A stretch of DNA of 32,000 nucleotides from Candidatus Hermodarchaeota archaeon (GTDB lineage: Archaea > Asgardarchaeota > Heimdallarchaeia > Hodarchaeales > Hodarchaeaceae): the NCBI GenBank assembly GCA_048886185.1, contig JBHLKY010000002.1, positions 271,538-303,537 of the forward strand, given 5' to 3'. Every line of letters begins with the position of its first letter. The stretch's first letter is position 1. Positions 28,251 to 32,000 of the stretch are shown piece by piece. The position numbers and the translations under genes are program-made. Below the pieces are notes generated by a model, which made no database searches, was not told the DNA's origin, and was given only the letters and a program-made list of their open reading frames with translations.

Positions 28251-28619
28251 TTAAGACAAAGCTGGGCAACCTGAACAATGATACTGATCTTTAGCCTGGC
28301 ATATTGAGCAGTTTGATCCACAAGGAGTAGGTTCATTATCTTTAAGGTTCGTATTCTTTTTGAAACTAAAATTATCAGGTTTTATGAGTTTTTTAATCAT
28401 TTCGATCCGAATTTTCTTCGCCCCTAATAATCCTGGGTTTTTTGCAGGGACTTCAAACCACCATTCTGTTCCAACTTGACTGATATAAAACCCATAGTAG
28501 GAGGTCTCAGTTACCCCACAACTTAACAATTTAGGACAGTTTTTCATTTTTTCTGCGTTGGTTCGAGCTTTCTGCTCAGATTCCATTTCACATATCATTA
28601 AACCAGCTAGATAGTTCAT
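28251..28619 (-). CDS. Small protein with a C-terminal 5-Cys cluster (PCGxxCxxC...CxGCP)
   Basis: The body EMESEQKARTNAEKMKNCP plus the tail TPCGSNCSICQAKDQYHCSGCPA resembles, from memory, the ligand/Cys-tail part of archaeal Lrp/AsnC-like regulators, but has no HTH. Confidence 0.65.
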   Translation of the reverse strand: MNYLAGLMICEMESEQKARTNAEKMKNCPKLLSCGVTETSYYGFYISQVGTEWWFEVPAKNPGLLGAKKIRIEMIKKLIKPDNFSFKKNTNLKDNEPTPCGSNCSICQAKDQYHCSGCPALS

Positions 28620-28646
28620 TTATGACACCATTTTTTCTCAGAATGT

Positions 28647-28856
28647 TCATTTCAATCTCATAACAAATCCATGTTTCTTGGAAACCTCATGAAAACCATA
28701 TCTTGAGTAAAGGGTGAAAGCAGGCAGGTTTCTTTCACCCACTTCAATATATCCATTTTGTTTAATTAAGCCAATTAAATTTGAAAAGCAAGCATTCATA
28801 AGTATCTTGCTCAATCCTCTTCCTCTATATTCTGGTAATACTCCCACAGCTAACAC
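28647..28856 (-). pseudogene. C-terminal fragment of a GNAT acetyltransferase
   Basis: AVGVLPEYRGRGLSKILM (motif A) and EVGERNLPAFTLYSRYGF (motif B). An in-frame TAG at 28860-28862 lies just upstream, and the N-terminal half is absent. Confidence 0.65.
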
Positions 28857-29235
28857 TAGCTAGTACATTATGTACATATTTTTGAATCATATCGATTTTA
28901 TATCATTTAAGTAAGTAGTATTAGGGTTTATACTTAGCATAACTTAACCAACGATCCATAACAACTTAGATAATTATATTGTGTCGCTGTGTATTTTCAT
29001 ATCATTATATATTCGTTTTATATTAAAAATAGGTTATAACCAATGGCAACTGTTATCTAATATATAAATTTGATATAAATATTCTCTATAAATCATTTTT
29101 CCATTAAGACAGCTGACTTATGCACAGAAAGAAATGCTTAAAATTTTATATTAGGAATTTTAGGTCAATGTAGTTTCAAATGTTTTCAAATGTGAATTAT
29201 AAGACTTTTTATCTGTTAAAATCAAACCCTCACCG

Positions 29236-29327
29236 TCAATAATCTCACTAAATATTGATATGTATTAAAAATGTGGTTTAAATGACGAAACAGATAGTTC
29301 TTGAAATCAATAATCTCACTAAATATT
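29236..29327 (+). repeat. Exact 21-nt direct repeat TCAATAATCTCACTAAATATT straddling the ABC ATPase start codon
   Basis: Copies at 29236-29256 (upstream) and 29307-29327 (codons for INNLTKY), 71 nt apart. Confidence 0.9.
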
Positions 29328-30190
29328 ATGGAAAATTCCTTGCTATAAAAAATGTAAATATTACCGTTAAAACAGGAACTGTTTATGGATTTTTAGGCCC
29401 AAATGGAGCAGGAAAAACCACCACTATTAGAATTATTCTTAGTATTCTCAAGCCAACAAGTGGGGAGGTAAAATTATTTGGTATTCCTGTTGATCGTTCG
29501 AATGTTCGAATTCATGATAGGATAGGATATATTCCTGGTGATGTGGCTTTATATGGACATTTAACTGTCAAACAAATGCTTAATTATTTTGCTTCTCTAA
29601 GACCAAATCGCCCCTCATCGCGAATGGAAGAAATGGTAAAGTTATTTGATTTGGATATTACTAAAAACACTAAGACGTTAAGCAGGGGCAATAGACAAAA
29701 AGTTGCTATAGTTCAAGCGTTCATGCATGACCCAGAGTTTTATATTTTTGATGAACCTTCTAGTGGATTAGACCCTTTAATGCAACAGATTTTATATGAT
29801 TTAATCACTGAAGAAGCAAAAAAAGGAAAAACCTTTTTTATTTCTAGCCATTATTTAGGAGAAATCCAAAAAATTGCGAATATAGTTTCAATAATTCGAG
29901 ATGGTGAAATTATTTCAACTATGGATGTTTCAAAACTTGACCAACAGGTTGTACAAAAAGTTCATGTTGATTTTATCTCAGACATTAATCCTTCATTACT
30001 CCAAGATCCCAATATAACAATAATATCACAAGAAAAAAATGAGTTAATTTTGATAGTTAAAGGTGATTTTAATACTTTTCTTGAAAAAATTTCAAAATTT
30101 CCAATAGAAAAATTTTATGCGCCAGAACCGTCCCTTGAAGACTATTTTATGCATTTTTATGATCTTAAGAAAAGTTCTGGGGTGAAATAA
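29282..30190 (+). CDS. ABC transporter ATP-binding protein (exporter, CcmA/DrrA-like)
   Basis: Walker A GPNGAGKT, Q-loop GYIPG, signature LSRGNRQ, Walker B YIFDEP, H-loop SSH. Confidence 0.95.
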   Translation: MTKQIVLEINNLTKYYGKFLAIKNVNITVKTGTVYGFLGPNGAGKTTTIRIILSILKPTSGEVKLFGIPVDRSNVRIHDRIGYIPGDVALYGHLTVKQMLNYFASLRPNRPSSRMEEMVKLFDLDITKNTKTLSRGNRQKVAIVQAFMHDPEFYIFDEPSSGLDPLMQQILYDLITEEAKKGKTFFISSHYLGEIQKIANIVSIIRDGEIISTMDVSKLDQQVVQKVHVDFISDINPSLLQDPNITIISQEKNELILIVKGDFNTFLEKISKFPIEKFYAPEPSLEDYFMHFYDLKKSSGVK

Positions 30191-31876
30191 ATGAAAGTTT
30201 TTCTGGATAACATAAAACAAGAAAGAGGTTTAATATTTGCCTTTTTACTCTTCTCATCTATGTTTATAATATTAATTATTATGATTTATCCTGGCGATGA
30301 AGCAGCTGTTGAACAAATCACTGGTTTAGAGGATATGGGAGACTGGGAAGCGACATATGGAATAATATACGGAGAGGGGGGTGAATATCGATTCTGGTTA
30401 GCGTTGTTTTTATTTAGTTATATTGGAATTTTATATACAATATTACCTGCACTCATGGGTACAAACGTTTTTTCAAAGGATAATGATGATAATACACTTG
30501 ATTTGTTAATGTCTAATCCAATTACTAGGAGAAAGATCTTACTAGAAAAAATATTAGCTGTTTTATCAATGTCTCTTGTATCTATTGCTTATCTATTCAT
30601 TATTATTTATATTTCATCACTTGTAATTGGGCAAGATATTTCCATTGATTTATTATTGGCATCATGTGTTCAATTATTTACACTTCTTGTCTTTTTAAGT
30701 CTACTCAGTATCTTTTTCGCTGTTTTATTCTTAGATTCTGGTCGTGCTAAACGGTTCGTTGGTATTATAATTGTAGGATCATTTATAATTAATCTTTTTG
30801 TTTTATTTTCAGAAGAATTAGAATTCTTAAAATATTTTCAAGTTTTCTATTATTATGATAGCGCTTCAACTATTCTAAAACCTTCTCTTGAACAAGTTGT
30901 TTGGGACAAGGCTTTTTACCTTATTATTTTCTCTATCTTAATATTTGCAATAATATTAGTAATTAATGATAGGAAAGATCTTATTCCTCACTTTTCTCAT
31001 AAAGTCCAAGAAAAAAAATCTAAAGAAAAAGGAATTCCCTTTCTTTTCTTTTTTATCGGAAAATTTCAACAACGATATCCATGTTTTGTTGAACAAATTC
31101 AATCAGATAAGGCATTTATTTATATATTTGCGTTATTAATGACACTTTCAGGTCTTATTACACCGTTAATGTATCCGGGAGATGTGGCTTGGGTTGGTGC
31201 CTCAAAGACCTATAGTTCAATTGATGTCCTCTTGAGCGCAATTTTACGAAACCATGGTGTAGCAAGCTCATTCATTGGATATATTGCCACTGAAGGTTTC
31301 GGAGAGTATTTCCTTTATTCAGGAATAGTTTCAATGTTTTTAGGATCAAAAATAATCATTAGAGATCAAAAATCAAATACTTTAGATTTATTGTTTGCAC
31401 AATCAATTCCGATCTCGAAAGTACTGAAGGAACGGTTAGCTGCGATAACTTTAGAAATTTTTACAATATTTTTATTAAATTATCTTGCATATATTGTAGG
31501 TATAATTGTATATGGATCTGGTTTCGATTATATTCCAGTTATGGGAATTGGAATATTCCTTACATTTCTAATTGTAATTACAATGACATATTTTATTGTT
31601 ATGCTTTGCATATTCATAAAAAATCCTGGAAAAGCAGTTGCAATTTCAGGAATGACATTTTTTGGAATTCTTTTGGTCTTTATGGTAGCTTTTACTATTG
31701 ATCAAATTAAATTTCTTTCCACTTTGACCCCTTTTTACTGGATTGACAGGATTAGAATACTTTACGAAAAAACAATTATTTTAGAGGATATTTTTGCTGT
31801 TATTCTATATTTATCATTGATTTGCTTCACTCTTTTTATTAGTATTAAGAAAATCAATGAACATGAATATTTTTAA
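30191..31876 (+). CDS. ABC-2 type permease with two fused membrane domains
   Basis: Abuts the ATPase stop. About 12 TM helices; internal duplication TLDLLMSNPITRRKILLEK / TLDLLFAQSIPISKVLKER and FQVFYYYD / LTPFYWID. Confidence 0.9.
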   Translation: MKVFLDNIKQERGLIFAFLLFSSMFIILIIMIYPGDEAAVEQITGLEDMGDWEATYGIIYGEGGEYRFWLALFLFSYIGILYTILPALMGTNVFSKDNDDNTLDLLMSNPITRRKILLEKILAVLSMSLVSIAYLFIIIYISSLVIGQDISIDLLLASCVQLFTLLVFLSLLSIFFAVLFLDSGRAKRFVGIIIVGSFIINLFVLFSEELEFLKYFQVFYYYDSASTILKPSLEQVVWDKAFYLIIFSILIFAIILVINDRKDLIPHFSHKVQEKKSKEKGIPFLFFFIGKFQQRYPCFVEQIQSDKAFIYIFALLMTLSGLITPLMYPGDVAWVGASKTYSSIDVLLSAILRNHGVASSFIGYIATEGFGEYFLYSGIVSMFLGSKIIIRDQKSNTLDLLFAQSIPISKVLKERLAAITLEIFTIFLLNYLAYIVGIIVYGSGFDYIPVMGIGIFLTFLIVITMTYFIVMLCIFIKNPGKAVAISGMTFFGILLVFMVAFTIDQIKFLSTLTPFYWIDRIRILYEKTIILEDIFAVILYLSLICFTLFISIKKINEHEYF

Positions 31877-32000
31877 TTGCTCTTTTATGATGAATCAAAG
31901 ATAATGCTATAATGGAACTCTTCATTTGAGAAGTTTGAAATTCGAGAGAGGAAAAGAGATTTCTTTATAGAAAAAGTCGTAAATTATTGTAATAAGAGAT

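Overview
AT-rich archaeal window with no rRNA, tRNA, CRISPR array or transposase that I can detect. It most likely comes from an Asgard archaeon (Heimdallarchaeia/Hodarchaeales-like). That is an inference from the 40-aa Asn-Leu-Gly TPR proteins sharing a conserved C-terminal module, the NosD-type beta-helix protein and the PGF/PAF-CTERM surface proteins. It is a mosaic accessory region of about 20 intact CDSs: MDR oxidoreductase, rhodanese-TusA fusion, atypical M24 peptidase, FprA flavodiiron protein, DUF169, YoaP-like GNAT, SDR with a Zn-ribbon, amidohydrolase, DUF4386, CbrC-like protein, PLP aminotransferase and an ABC exporter. At least six decayed gene relics lie between them, two of which (ICMT and alpha/beta-hydrolase) have no matching ORF in the supplied track. 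The best candidates for new biology are: (1) a single-pass receptor-like protein with extracellular beta-helix and FnIII-like domains, one TM helix and a cytoplasmic winged HTH (14841-17105); (2) a TPR scaffold fused to a nitrilase-family domain with an intact Glu-Lys-Cys triad, with an effector-less paralog in the same window; (3) a two-gene operon of sortase-type anchored surface proteins built from three copies of an unrecognised ~270-aa domain. All family assignments come from motif recognition by eye, not from database searches.
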